From NCBI GenBank assembly GCA_944358675.1, contig CALVRN010000006.1:1-62216 (forward strand): a stretch of DNA of 62,216 nt, in the 5' to 3' direction. The DNA is from an uncultured Bacilli bacterium (lineage in GTDB: Bacteria > Bacillota_I > Bacilli_A > RF39 > UBA660). Within the stretch, counting starts at the first letter, position 1; each line of letters begins with the position of its first letter. The translations under genes and the position numbers were made by a program. Under the pieces are notes generated by a model. The model was not told the DNA's origin, searched no databases, and saw only the letters and a list, made by a program, of their open reading frames with translations. Shown in pieces: positions 48,556 through 57,095 of this stretch.

Positions 48556-49106
48556 TGCAAATACGTTTAGCCAGCGACTTACAACCAGATAGTATAGTCG
48601 ATGGACTAGGAATAAGAACCGTCATTTGGACTCAGGGGTGTAGCCATAATTGTGAAGGTTGTCACAATCCAACCACCCATGATTTTCAAGGCGGCTTTTC
48701 TGTAGGTGTAGATGAAGTAAATAAAGAGTTAGATACTCTTTTGGGCCAGCAAGGCATCACCTTATCAGGTGGTGATCCGATGTTTCAAGCTAAAGCCTGT
48801 GCTAAAATAGCCAAACATGCCAAAGAACTTGGTTTAAATGTTTGGTGTTATACCGGCTTTACTTATGAAGATGTACTAAAAAGTAAAGATATGATGGAAC
48901 TTTTAAAATATGTTGATGTTTTAGTTGATGGCAAATTTGATATTAAAGAGTTTAGCTTAAACCTCGACTTTAGAGGTTCTAGAAATCAAAGGATTATTGA
49001 TGTTCAAAAAAGTTTAAAAGAAGAAAAAGTTGTTCTAATTGATAAATACATGAAAGAACGTACTCATGTGATTGAAGTTCCAAGAAAAAAACATGTATAC
49101 ATATAA
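48555..49106 (+). CDS. nrdG: Class III RNR activating enzyme
   Basis: SIVDGLGIR, CSHNCEGC radical-SAM motif, SGGDP, FRGSRNQR. Confidence 0.97.
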   Translation: MQIRLASDLQPDSIVDGLGIRTVIWTQGCSHNCEGCHNPTTHDFQGGFSVGVDEVNKELDTLLGQQGITLSGGDPMFQAKACAKIAKHAKELGLNVWCYTGFTYEDVLKSKDMMELLKYVDVLVDGKFDIKEFSLNLDFRGSRNQRIIDVQKSLKEEKVVLIDKYMKERTHVIEVPRKKHVYI

Positions 49107-49114
49107 GGAGAAAT

Positions 49115-49717
49115 ATGAATAAAGAAGGATTAAGAAAATTAAGCTATGGTGTATATCTTATAAATACAGTAAATAGTGGCTGTGTTGTAAACACATTAAT
49201 TCAAGTTACAAATGATAAAGTAATAGTTGCTATAAATAAAGATAACTACACCAATAAAATGTTAAAAGAAAACAAAAAATTCAATGCCACAGTTTTGACA
49301 AAAGAAACTGATATGAAGGTTATTCAAACATTTGGTTTTACAAGCAGTAAAGATAATGACAAATATAAAAACTTCCAAATAGAAAAAGATTCCAATAATA
49401 TTCCTTATATAAAGGATCACATGGCATCTTTAATCGAATGTGAAGTCATAAACAAAATAGATTTAGATACACATACCATATTTATTGCAACTGTAACAAA
49501 TACTAAAAATCTATCAGATGAAGAAGTAATGACATATGATTATTATCACAAAGTAAAAAATGGTGTAACCCCACCAAAAGCTCCGACATATGAAAAACCT
49601 AAAAAAGGTTATAGATGTCCAATTTGTGGTTATATCTATGAAGGAGAAAATTTACCTGATGATTTTGTATGTCCAATCTGTGGAGCTCCTGCTAGTATAT
49701 TTGAGAAAATAGAATAA
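49115..49717 (+). CDS. Flavin reductase domain fused to rubredoxin
   Basis: LSYGVY, THTIFIA, MTYDYYH; CPICGY...CPICGA. Confidence 0.92.
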   Translation: MNKEGLRKLSYGVYLINTVNSGCVVNTLIQVTNDKVIVAINKDNYTNKMLKENKKFNATVLTKETDMKVIQTFGFTSSKDNDKYKNFQIEKDSNNIPYIKDHMASLIECEVINKIDLDTHTIFIATVTNTKNLSDEEVMTYDYYHKVKNGVTPPKAPTYEKPKKGYRCPICGYIYEGENLPDDFVCPICGAPASIFEKIE

Positions 49718-49785
49718 ACTATTTTCTTTTTCATTGACAATTTATTTTACCTTTGATATTCTAAAAGAGAAGGTAGGCGAGAACA

Positions 49786-50820
49786 TTGAAAAAATTTTTT
49801 AAAATATTATGTATAATGTTAGTGGTTTTTACAATGTCAGGTTGTATGAAAATGAATGCTGATATGAGTATTCATAAGGATAAAAGTATGGATTATTCAG
49901 TTACATTTGCCTTTGATAAAAGTATGTGGCAAAGCCATAAAGGGCAGTCTTTTATAAGTGGTGATGAATTAGATAATATTGAAGAACAAGGTTTCAAAAT
50001 GACAGAATATTCTGATGACTCAATGACAGGATATACATTTACTAAAAGCTTTAACAACATTGATGATATTAGTAGTGAAAATGAAACCACAATGAACTTA
50101 AATGAAAGTATAGAAGATAGTAAAGATTCTGATATGTTCACTGTTAAAAAAGGATTCTTTAAAAACACTTATACTTTAAAAATGGAAAATAGTACATCTA
50201 GTGAAGTTCAAAGTGAAGCAGAAATTCAAAGTGGAAGTGGAAACCCTGAACAAAGTACTGATACATCAAATGTAGATTTATCTGCACTCACTAGTAGCCT
50301 AGATATGAAATTCAATGTCACTTTACCATATAAAGCTATAAGTAGTAATGCCACAACAACAGAAAATGATGGAAAAACATTAGTATGGAATTTAATGGAT
50401 ACAAATCTTAAAAACATCGAATTTTCTTTTGAAATATACAATATGACCAATATTTATATCACAATTGGAATTGCTATTATCATAACTATTATAGTAATAA
50501 TAATTATAAAGAAAAGAAAGCCAAAAGCTCCAGTAGCTACTCCAGTTCCAGTTAACGATAATCGGGTAAATATAAGTGAACCAACTTTAGAGCCAGTAAC
50601 ACCAATAACTACAGAAACTCAAATGCCAACGAAGGAACTAAATCAAAAGACTTTAACTGATAATCAAGAAGATAACAGTTCTGTAGAAATTTTGATGACA
50701 TCAGAAGAAACAAACGAACCAGAAAATACAGTTGAAACACCTGAATCTACAGAAACACTAATGCTCGATAATGATTCAAATATCATTTTTGATGAAGAGC
50801 CAAAAGGTGAAATCAAATAG
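49786..50820 (+). CDS. LppM/DUF3153-like lipoprotein with TM helix and acidic cytoplasmic tail
   Basis: MSGC lipobox, VTLPYKAISSNAT...LVW. Confidence 0.75.
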   Translation: MKKFFKILCIMLVVFTMSGCMKMNADMSIHKDKSMDYSVTFAFDKSMWQSHKGQSFISGDELDNIEEQGFKMTEYSDDSMTGYTFTKSFNNIDDISSENETTMNLNESIEDSKDSDMFTVKKGFFKNTYTLKMENSTSSEVQSEAEIQSGSGNPEQSTDTSNVDLSALTSSLDMKFNVTLPYKAISSNATTTENDGKTLVWNLMDTNLKNIEFSFEIYNMTNIYITIGIAIIITIIVIIIIKKRKPKAPVATPVPVNDNRVNISEPTLEPVTPITTETQMPTKELNQKTLTDNQEDNSSVEILMTSEETNEPENTVETPESTETLMLDNDSNIIFDEEPKGEIK

Positions 50821-50918
50821 CACGAAATTTAAGAAAGTCTAATTATAGACTTTTTCTTATTAATATCTTTGAAAAAAATAACAGATGTGCTAAAATGATA
50901 ATATAAAGGGGTGATTTA

Positions 50919-52241
50919 ATGAGAAGAAAAACATACGTTGATGAAGAAGGAAATACAATTGATCAAAACTTTGAAAATAAAAAACCACTATTACGTTTTT
51001 TCTTCGTTTTTGGAACTCTTTTGCCGATAGTAATAATTGTATTTATTGTCATGGCAGTTGTTCAAAACAATAACTGTACACAAATATATGATACTTTAAA
51101 AACTACAAGCTTAAATTATGCAAAAGATCAAGGAACTCTTCCAACAATAGAAGGTGAATATGTTAATGTAAGGTTAGATGATCTATATGATGAAGAATAT
51201 TTAAGCAGCACAAGCACAAATAATTCATTATGTTCAGGTAGTGTAAAAATTACAAAATACAAAGATGAATATGTTTATACAATAGATGCTAAAAACTGTG
51301 GAGAATGTTCAGTTAATAAAAAATATGGCGCATGGAGTAGTGAACAGTCATCATATCCTTCTGGTAAAGCCATTGTTGATGTTATTCCTTATTATAATTA
51401 TTATGATAGAGAAGTAAGTATAACCAGCTGGTCTAATTACTATGATGATTCCGAGCTATCTGATGAAACATCAGAATATGGTATTAGATTACCCCTTGAT
51501 GAAACAACATTACCATCAATTCCAAAAGAAGGAACAATCACTAATATAGAAAATGACACCACATATTATTACCGTTATCGTGATCGTAGATGGAAATGGT
51601 ATGACATAGAAGGAGATTATTCAGATTTTTCTTCAGAACAACCAGCCAACTATGCTAATAAAGATGAAAATACTGAACAGTATACTGATTGGTCGGAGTA
51701 TTCATTAAATTATCCAGAAGAAAAAGATTATCGTACAATTCAAAGTGCTACCGGTTATAAATTTTACTATTTAAATGATAAAAATGAAAAAATTTACTAT
51801 AATAGCGGAAAATATAGTGCTAGAGATGATGTCAACACAACAAAATATAATAGAACCGAACAAGAGACGGCCACCTTATATCGCTATCGTGATAAGCAGT
51901 GGCGATGGTATAATGGAACCAAACGTAGATATAGTACATTAACATCTAGTCAGCCAACAGGACTTCCATATAAAGATATAGAAACCGAAACCCTTGGAAA
52001 TCCGACATCTTGGGATGAAAAAAGTCATGTAACATCTGAAAATCAGGAATATAGAGTTGAAGAAAGAAAAATAATGACCAGATTTAGAGTAGAATATGAA
52101 ATCTTATCATTAAAGGTACTTAAAAATCCTTTAAATCGTAAAGATTTTGAAAATAAAGTTAAAATGACTGTACAAGAATTTTATTCAAACAAAAATTACA
52201 AATTAGAAGTAACATATAAATTCAAATATCGTAAAAGCTAG
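50919..52241 (+). CDS. Membrane-anchored surface protein, pilin-like N-domain plus YRYRD-W-WY repeats
   Basis: TM helix, Cys-bridged N-domain, YYYRYRDRRWKWY and LYRYRDKQWRWY repeats. Confidence 0.75.
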   Translation: MRRKTYVDEEGNTIDQNFENKKPLLRFFFVFGTLLPIVIIVFIVMAVVQNNNCTQIYDTLKTTSLNYAKDQGTLPTIEGEYVNVRLDDLYDEEYLSSTSTNNSLCSGSVKITKYKDEYVYTIDAKNCGECSVNKKYGAWSSEQSSYPSGKAIVDVIPYYNYYDREVSITSWSNYYDDSELSDETSEYGIRLPLDETTLPSIPKEGTITNIENDTTYYYRYRDRRWKWYDIEGDYSDFSSEQPANYANKDENTEQYTDWSEYSLNYPEEKDYRTIQSATGYKFYYLNDKNEKIYYNSGKYSARDDVNTTKYNRTEQETATLYRYRDKQWRWYNGTKRRYSTLTSSQPTGLPYKDIETETLGNPTSWDEKSHVTSENQEYRVEERKIMTRFRVEYEILSLKVLKNPLNRKDFENKVKMTVQEFYSNKNYKLEVTYKFKYRKS

Positions 52242-52274
52242 ATTTATTTCTAGTTTTTTTTCATATAATTAAAT

Positions 52275-53036
52275 ATGAAAAAAATTCATTTAAAAAGAAA
52301 AAATAGATTATATAAAATGAAACCAATAAATATTATTGCCATTTTTATTGTAATTACTTTATTGTGCTTATATTTAATTTTTGGCTATATAAAAAATAGA
52401 ATTATGCCATCTCTTTTTGAATATGGAAGTTTAGAAGCAAAAAAATTTTCAAGTATCATAATTAATGATGCTATTGATAAATATATAACAGATAAAATAG
52501 ATGTAGAAAATTTGTTTATATTAATCAATGATAATAATGGAGAAATTAAATCAATTGATTTTAATACATCTTTAATAAATAAATATCTAACAAACGCTAC
52601 AAAAAGTATTCAAAAAAACTTAAAATATGTTGAAGAAGGCAATATAAAGAAAGTTGAATATAAAGCTGACCTTTTAGATTCTTATGATGAAAAATCATTA
52701 AAAAATGGCGTAATTTATTATCTGAACAGTGGATTTATCTTTAATAATCCAATATTCGCAAATTTTGGCGCTCAAATACCTATTAAAATTTCACTAACAG
52801 GTGATGTTATAAGTAATATATCAACAGAAATAACTAATTATGGAATTAATAATGCTTTAATAAAAGTATATGCCAATATAAAAATAACAGAAAACATAAT
52901 ATTGCCGTTTTATGATAAAGAAATAGAGGTAGAGAGTAAGGTTCCGGTTGCCTTAAAATTAATTAGTGGCACTGTTCCAAGTTATTATGGTAACTTAAAT
53001 ACAACCACACCATCTTTAACTCTTCCAAGTGATTAA
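52275..53036 (+). CDS. yunB: Sporulation protein YunB
   Basis: N-terminal TM, IKSIDFNT, GAQIPIK, YGINNALI, ISGTVPSYY. Confidence 0.88.
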   Translation: MKKIHLKRKNRLYKMKPINIIAIFIVITLLCLYLIFGYIKNRIMPSLFEYGSLEAKKFSSIIINDAIDKYITDKIDVENLFILINDNNGEIKSIDFNTSLINKYLTNATKSIQKNLKYVEEGNIKKVEYKADLLDSYDEKSLKNGVIYYLNSGFIFNNPIFANFGAQIPIKISLTGDVISNISTEITNYGINNALIKVYANIKITENIILPFYDKEIEVESKVPVALKLISGTVPSYYGNLNTTTPSLTLPSD

Positions 53037-53065
53037 ATTATGGTATAATATTTATAGGTGATTAA

Positions 53066-53347
53066 ATGAAAACATATCAAATAAATGAAAATACATATGA
53101 ATTAATAAAAGATTATAAAAATGGTTTTGACTATGAAGCTATAAAAGAAAGATACACTGAATATTTTGATGATTATGATTACATTTTAGGTGATTGGTCT
53201 TACGGAAAATTAAGATTAAAAGGATTTTGTAATAAAAATAATTCAAAATTTAAACCCATAAATGATATAGACAAAGCCGAAGAATATATTAAGACAAATG
53301 GAGCTTATGACTGCAAATACTTTATTTTAAAAAAAATATACAACTAA
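53066..53347 (+). CDS. yutD: YutD/DUF1027 family protein
   Basis: YDYILGDWSYGKLRLKGF, AYDCKYFIL. Confidence 0.9.
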   Translation: MKTYQINENTYELIKDYKNGFDYEAIKERYTEYFDDYDYILGDWSYGKLRLKGFCNKNNSKFKPINDIDKAEEYIKTNGAYDCKYFILKKIYN

Positions 53348-53427
53348 TTGTATATTTTTTCCATATAAATTAACTAGTCAAATATCTAATAATCTGATAT
53401 AATTAATAAATGATAGGAGGCACATCC

Positions 53428-54526
53428 ATGGAACTAAAAGAAACTATAAATTTATATGTAAAATACCAAAGCAAAATAAATGAATTATGGAGGTCACTTT
53501 GACCCTGAAAACAAACAAAAACATATAAAAGAATTAGAAGAAGAAATTACAAACCCAAATTTTTGGAATGATAAAAAACATAGTGAACAAGTAATATCAA
53601 TATTAAATAGTGAAAAAAAAGTTTTAGAAGATGTCAAAAACCTATTAAATGAAACAAATGATTATTTAGAAATGGCTAAATCCATAGAACCAAATGATGA
53701 AGAAAGTTTAAAATGGCTTGAAAATGAAAGTAAAACTTTAAGTCAAAGAGTAGATGAACTTGAGACATTGATTTTATTAAATGATGATTATGATAAAAAT
53801 GATGCGGTTTTAGAAATTCATTCAGGCGCTGGTGGAACAGAAGCCTGTGATTGGGCTAATATGTTATATAGAATGTATACAAGATATGCTGAAAAAAAGA
53901 AATACAAATTAGAAGTAATTGACCAGCAACCAGGACTTGAAGCCGGAATAAAAAGCATTACTGTCATAGTTAAGGGACTATATGCCTATGGATATTTAAA
54001 AAATGAAAAAGGAATTCATAGATTAGTCAGAATATCACCATTTGATTCGGGAGCTAGAAGACATACATCATTTGCTTCAGTAAGTGTCACCCCAGTAATT
54101 GATGACAAAGTTAAAATAGACATCAATGAGAAAGATTTAAAAATCGATGTTTTCCACAGTAGTGGAGCTGGCGGTCAAAGTGTAAACACCACTGATAGTG
54201 CTGTTAGAATAACTCATTTACCCACAGGAATTGTTGTAACCTGTCAAAATGAAAGAAGCCAAGTTCAAAACAAAGCTAAAGCCATGCAAATATTAAAAAG
54301 TAAGTTGTATGAAATAGAATTAGAAAATAAAAGAAATGAATTAAAAGAATTAAAGGGTGAACAAAGAGATATTAATTTCGGTTCCCAAATTAGAAGTTAT
54401 ATTATGCATCCATATTCTTTAGTAAAAGATCATAGAACAAACTGTGAAGAGACCAACGTCACTAAAGTAATGGATGGAGATTTAGATAAATTTATAAACG
54501 CTAATTTAAGGAGGAATGCCGGATGA
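53428..54526 (+). CDS. prfB: Peptide chain release factor 2, programmed +1 frameshift at CTT-TGA-C (53497-53503)
   Basis: ATG 53428 with AGGAGG RBS reads MELKET...LWRSL*, +1 frame continues DPENKQ; internal GGAGG before slip site; SPF and GGQ motifs. Confidence 0.97.
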
Positions 54527-55410
54527 TATTTGCTAAAAAAAAGCAAATAGATAGTACTAATTTGTTGAAAGAAATTACTAGTAGTAAAAAACTAAAAAGA
54601 TATATTCAGTTTTTTATCGGTGTTTTTTTATCAGCTGCTGCCTTCAACATTTTTCTAAAACCATGTAATTTAATCTATGGTTTAAGCGGATTATCAATTA
54701 TAACTGAAAAATTTTTAAATATTGATCCATCATTAGTAATTTTAATCGGTAACGTGCTTTTATTAATTGCTAGCTTTGTATTTCTTGGATTAGAAAGGAC
54801 AAAACCAACAATCGTAGGGTCCATTTTATACCCACTATTAGTTAAGGCTACTGAATTTTTTCCAAACTACATTGATTTGGGTGATACAGAGATGATAGTC
54901 ATTGCCCTTTGTGGAGCTCTTGTAAGTGGTATTGGCACAGGCTTAGTTTTTAAAAACAACTTCACAACAGGTGGCACGGATGTATTAAAACAAATCTTAT
55001 CTCATTATGGTAAAATGCCTTACAGTAAAGCTAATATATATTCTGAAGGTCTAATTATGTTAGCTGGTGGTATTTTCTTTGGGTGGCAATCATTTATATA
55101 TTCATTTATAAGCTTATACTGTTCAGGAATGATTAGTGATAGAGTAATATTAGGTATTTCAGAATATAAAACATTAGAAATTATAACTACTGAAGAAAAA
55201 GCCATCAAAGAATTTATTATGGAAACCTTAAATCATGGTGTAACTGAAATAGAAGCTCAAGGAGGATATACCAATAAAAAGAAAAAAGTATTATTATGTG
55301 CAATACCAACAAGAGAATATTTTGTTGCAACAGAAGCCATAAAAAAACTAGACCCAGAAGCTTTTGTAATAGTAATTGATACTTATGAAATAAAGGGACA
55401 TAAATCTTAA
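54523..55410 (+). CDS. YitT family membrane protein
   Basis: TTGGTD motif, C-terminal DUF2179 (HGVT...GGYT...DPEAF). Confidence 0.92.
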   Translation: MIFAKKKQIDSTNLLKEITSSKKLKRYIQFFIGVFLSAAAFNIFLKPCNLIYGLSGLSIITEKFLNIDPSLVILIGNVLLLIASFVFLGLERTKPTIVGSILYPLLVKATEFFPNYIDLGDTEMIVIALCGALVSGIGTGLVFKNNFTTGGTDVLKQILSHYGKMPYSKANIYSEGLIMLAGGIFFGWQSFIYSFISLYCSGMISDRVILGISEYKTLEIITTEEKAIKEFIMETLNHGVTEIEAQGGYTNKKKKVLLCAIPTREYFVATEAIKKLDPEAFVIVIDTYEIKGHKS

Positions 55411-55428
55411 GTAGAAAGAAGTGATATT

Positions 55429-56124
55429 GTGGATTTAATTAGAATGACAAATGTTAAAAAAACATACAAAACAGGTGTCACCGCTATACAAGACTTAAAT
55501 CTAACCATAGCTAAAGGTGATTTTGTCTTTATAATCGGTTCAACTGGTTGTGGAAAAAGTACCTTAATAAAAATGCTTTATAGAGAAGAAAAACCATCAT
55601 CAGGACAAATAATAGTTGGTGGAATAGATGTTGGTAAACTAAGAAATAGGAAAGTATATAAAATAAGAAGAAAAATAGGTGTTGTATTCCAAGACTATAA
55701 ACTACTTCCAAAATCAACAGTCTATGAAAATGTTGCTTTTGCTCTAGAAATATTTGGACTTCCAAAAGAAGAGATACATGCCAAAGTCATTAAAGTTTTA
55801 GAATTAGTTGGATTAAAAAACAAAATAAAAAATTATCCATCACAATTATCAGGTGGAGAACAACAACGTGTGGCTATTGCTAGAGCCATTGTCAATGGCC
55901 CAAAATTATTAATCTGTGATGAACCAACAGGTAACTTGGACCCATCAACTGGTATGGAAATTATGGAAGTATTAGAAGAAATCAACAAATTAGGCACAAC
56001 AATTATTATGGTTACTCACGATATAAACATTGTTAAAAGAATGAATAAAAGAGTTATTGTATTAGATTCTGGTAGAGTCTTAAAAGATTATGAGAAAGGA
56101 ACATATAGTAATGAAAACATTTAG
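55429..56124 (+). CDS. ftsE: Cell division ATP-binding protein FtsE
   Basis: GSTGCGKST, GVVFQDYKLL, LSGGEQQR; upstream of ftsX. Confidence 0.95.
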   Translation: MDLIRMTNVKKTYKTGVTAIQDLNLTIAKGDFVFIIGSTGCGKSTLIKMLYREEKPSSGQIIVGGIDVGKLRNRKVYKIRRKIGVVFQDYKLLPKSTVYENVAFALEIFGLPKEEIHAKVIKVLELVGLKNKIKNYPSQLSGGEQQRVAIARAIVNGPKLLICDEPTGNLDPSTGMEIMEVLEEINKLGTTIIMVTHDINIVKRMNKRVIVLDSGRVLKDYEKGTYSNENI

Positions 56125-57010
56125 AATTATTGGAAGAAACTTTAGAGATGCCTTTAAAGGTGTCTTCAGAAACTTTTCACTATCATTTGCCTCTATCTCA
56201 TGTATAACTATAACTCTAATTGTTGTTGCCGTATCCATGGTTTTATCTAATAATGTTGATAATTTCACAAAACTGGTTGAAAGGGATGTCACAATAGTTG
56301 CCTTTATAGACAATGAATTAAGTGATGATCAAATTGATGAAATAAAGGATAAAATAAGTGTTATTGATAATGTTGATACATATGAATTTCGTTCTAAAAT
56401 GGATATAACTAAAGAAATGCGTGAATCATCAGAAGTCTTTGATAGTATAATGAAAAATTGGACTGATGATGAAAATCCAATTCAAAATACTTTCCAAGTA
56501 AAAGTGAAGGACATTGAAAAAATTGACAATGTTGCTAAGCAAATCGAAAAAATTGATGGTATAACCTTAGTTAAATATGGTGAAGGAATGGTTGAACAAT
56601 TAATTTCTACATTTGATTTTGTTCATAAAATCTGTATTGGTGCGGTTATTGCCCTAATCTTAGTTACCGCTTTCTTAATTTCTAATACTATTAAAATTAC
56701 AATTAATTCTAGACAAAGAGAAATTGGTATCATGAGATTAATTGGAGCATCTAACTTAAATATTAGAATTCCATTCATCATCGAAGGTTTATTACTTGGA
56801 GCATTAGGCTCAATAATACCAATCTTAACTACAGTTTATGGATATAATGCACTATATAGAAACTTTGATGGTCATTTATTCTCACCATTTATTAAATTGA
56901 TTGAACCAGTACCGTTTGTCTATACAACCTCATTAATATTATTAGGTATTGGTATTGCCGTTGGTATGTTTGGTTCATGGCGAGCAGTAAGAAAATACTT
57001 AAAAATTTAA
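56090..57010 (+). CDS. ftsX: Cell division permease FtsX
   Basis: FLISNTIKITINSRQREIGIMRLIGA, PFIIEG. Confidence 0.95.
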   Translation: MRKEHIVMKTFRIIGRNFRDAFKGVFRNFSLSFASISCITITLIVVAVSMVLSNNVDNFTKLVERDVTIVAFIDNELSDDQIDEIKDKISVIDNVDTYEFRSKMDITKEMRESSEVFDSIMKNWTDDENPIQNTFQVKVKDIEKIDNVAKQIEKIDGITLVKYGEGMVEQLISTFDFVHKICIGAVIALILVTAFLISNTIKITINSRQREIGIMRLIGASNLNIRIPFIIEGLLLGALGSIIPILTTVYGYNALYRNFDGHLFSPFIKLIEPVPFVYTTSLILLGIGIAVGMFGSWRAVRKYLKI

Positions 57011-57016
57011 TTTACA

Positions 57017-57042
57017 AACTCTGGTTCATTTCAGAGTTTTTT
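57017..57042 (+). terminator. Rho-independent terminator after ftsX
   Basis: AACTCTG...CAGAGTT followed by T-tract. Confidence 0.65.
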
Positions 57043-57095
57043 CTATACTTTATGAAAATATTGTGATATGATTAAAGTAGAGAGTAGGGGTTAAA

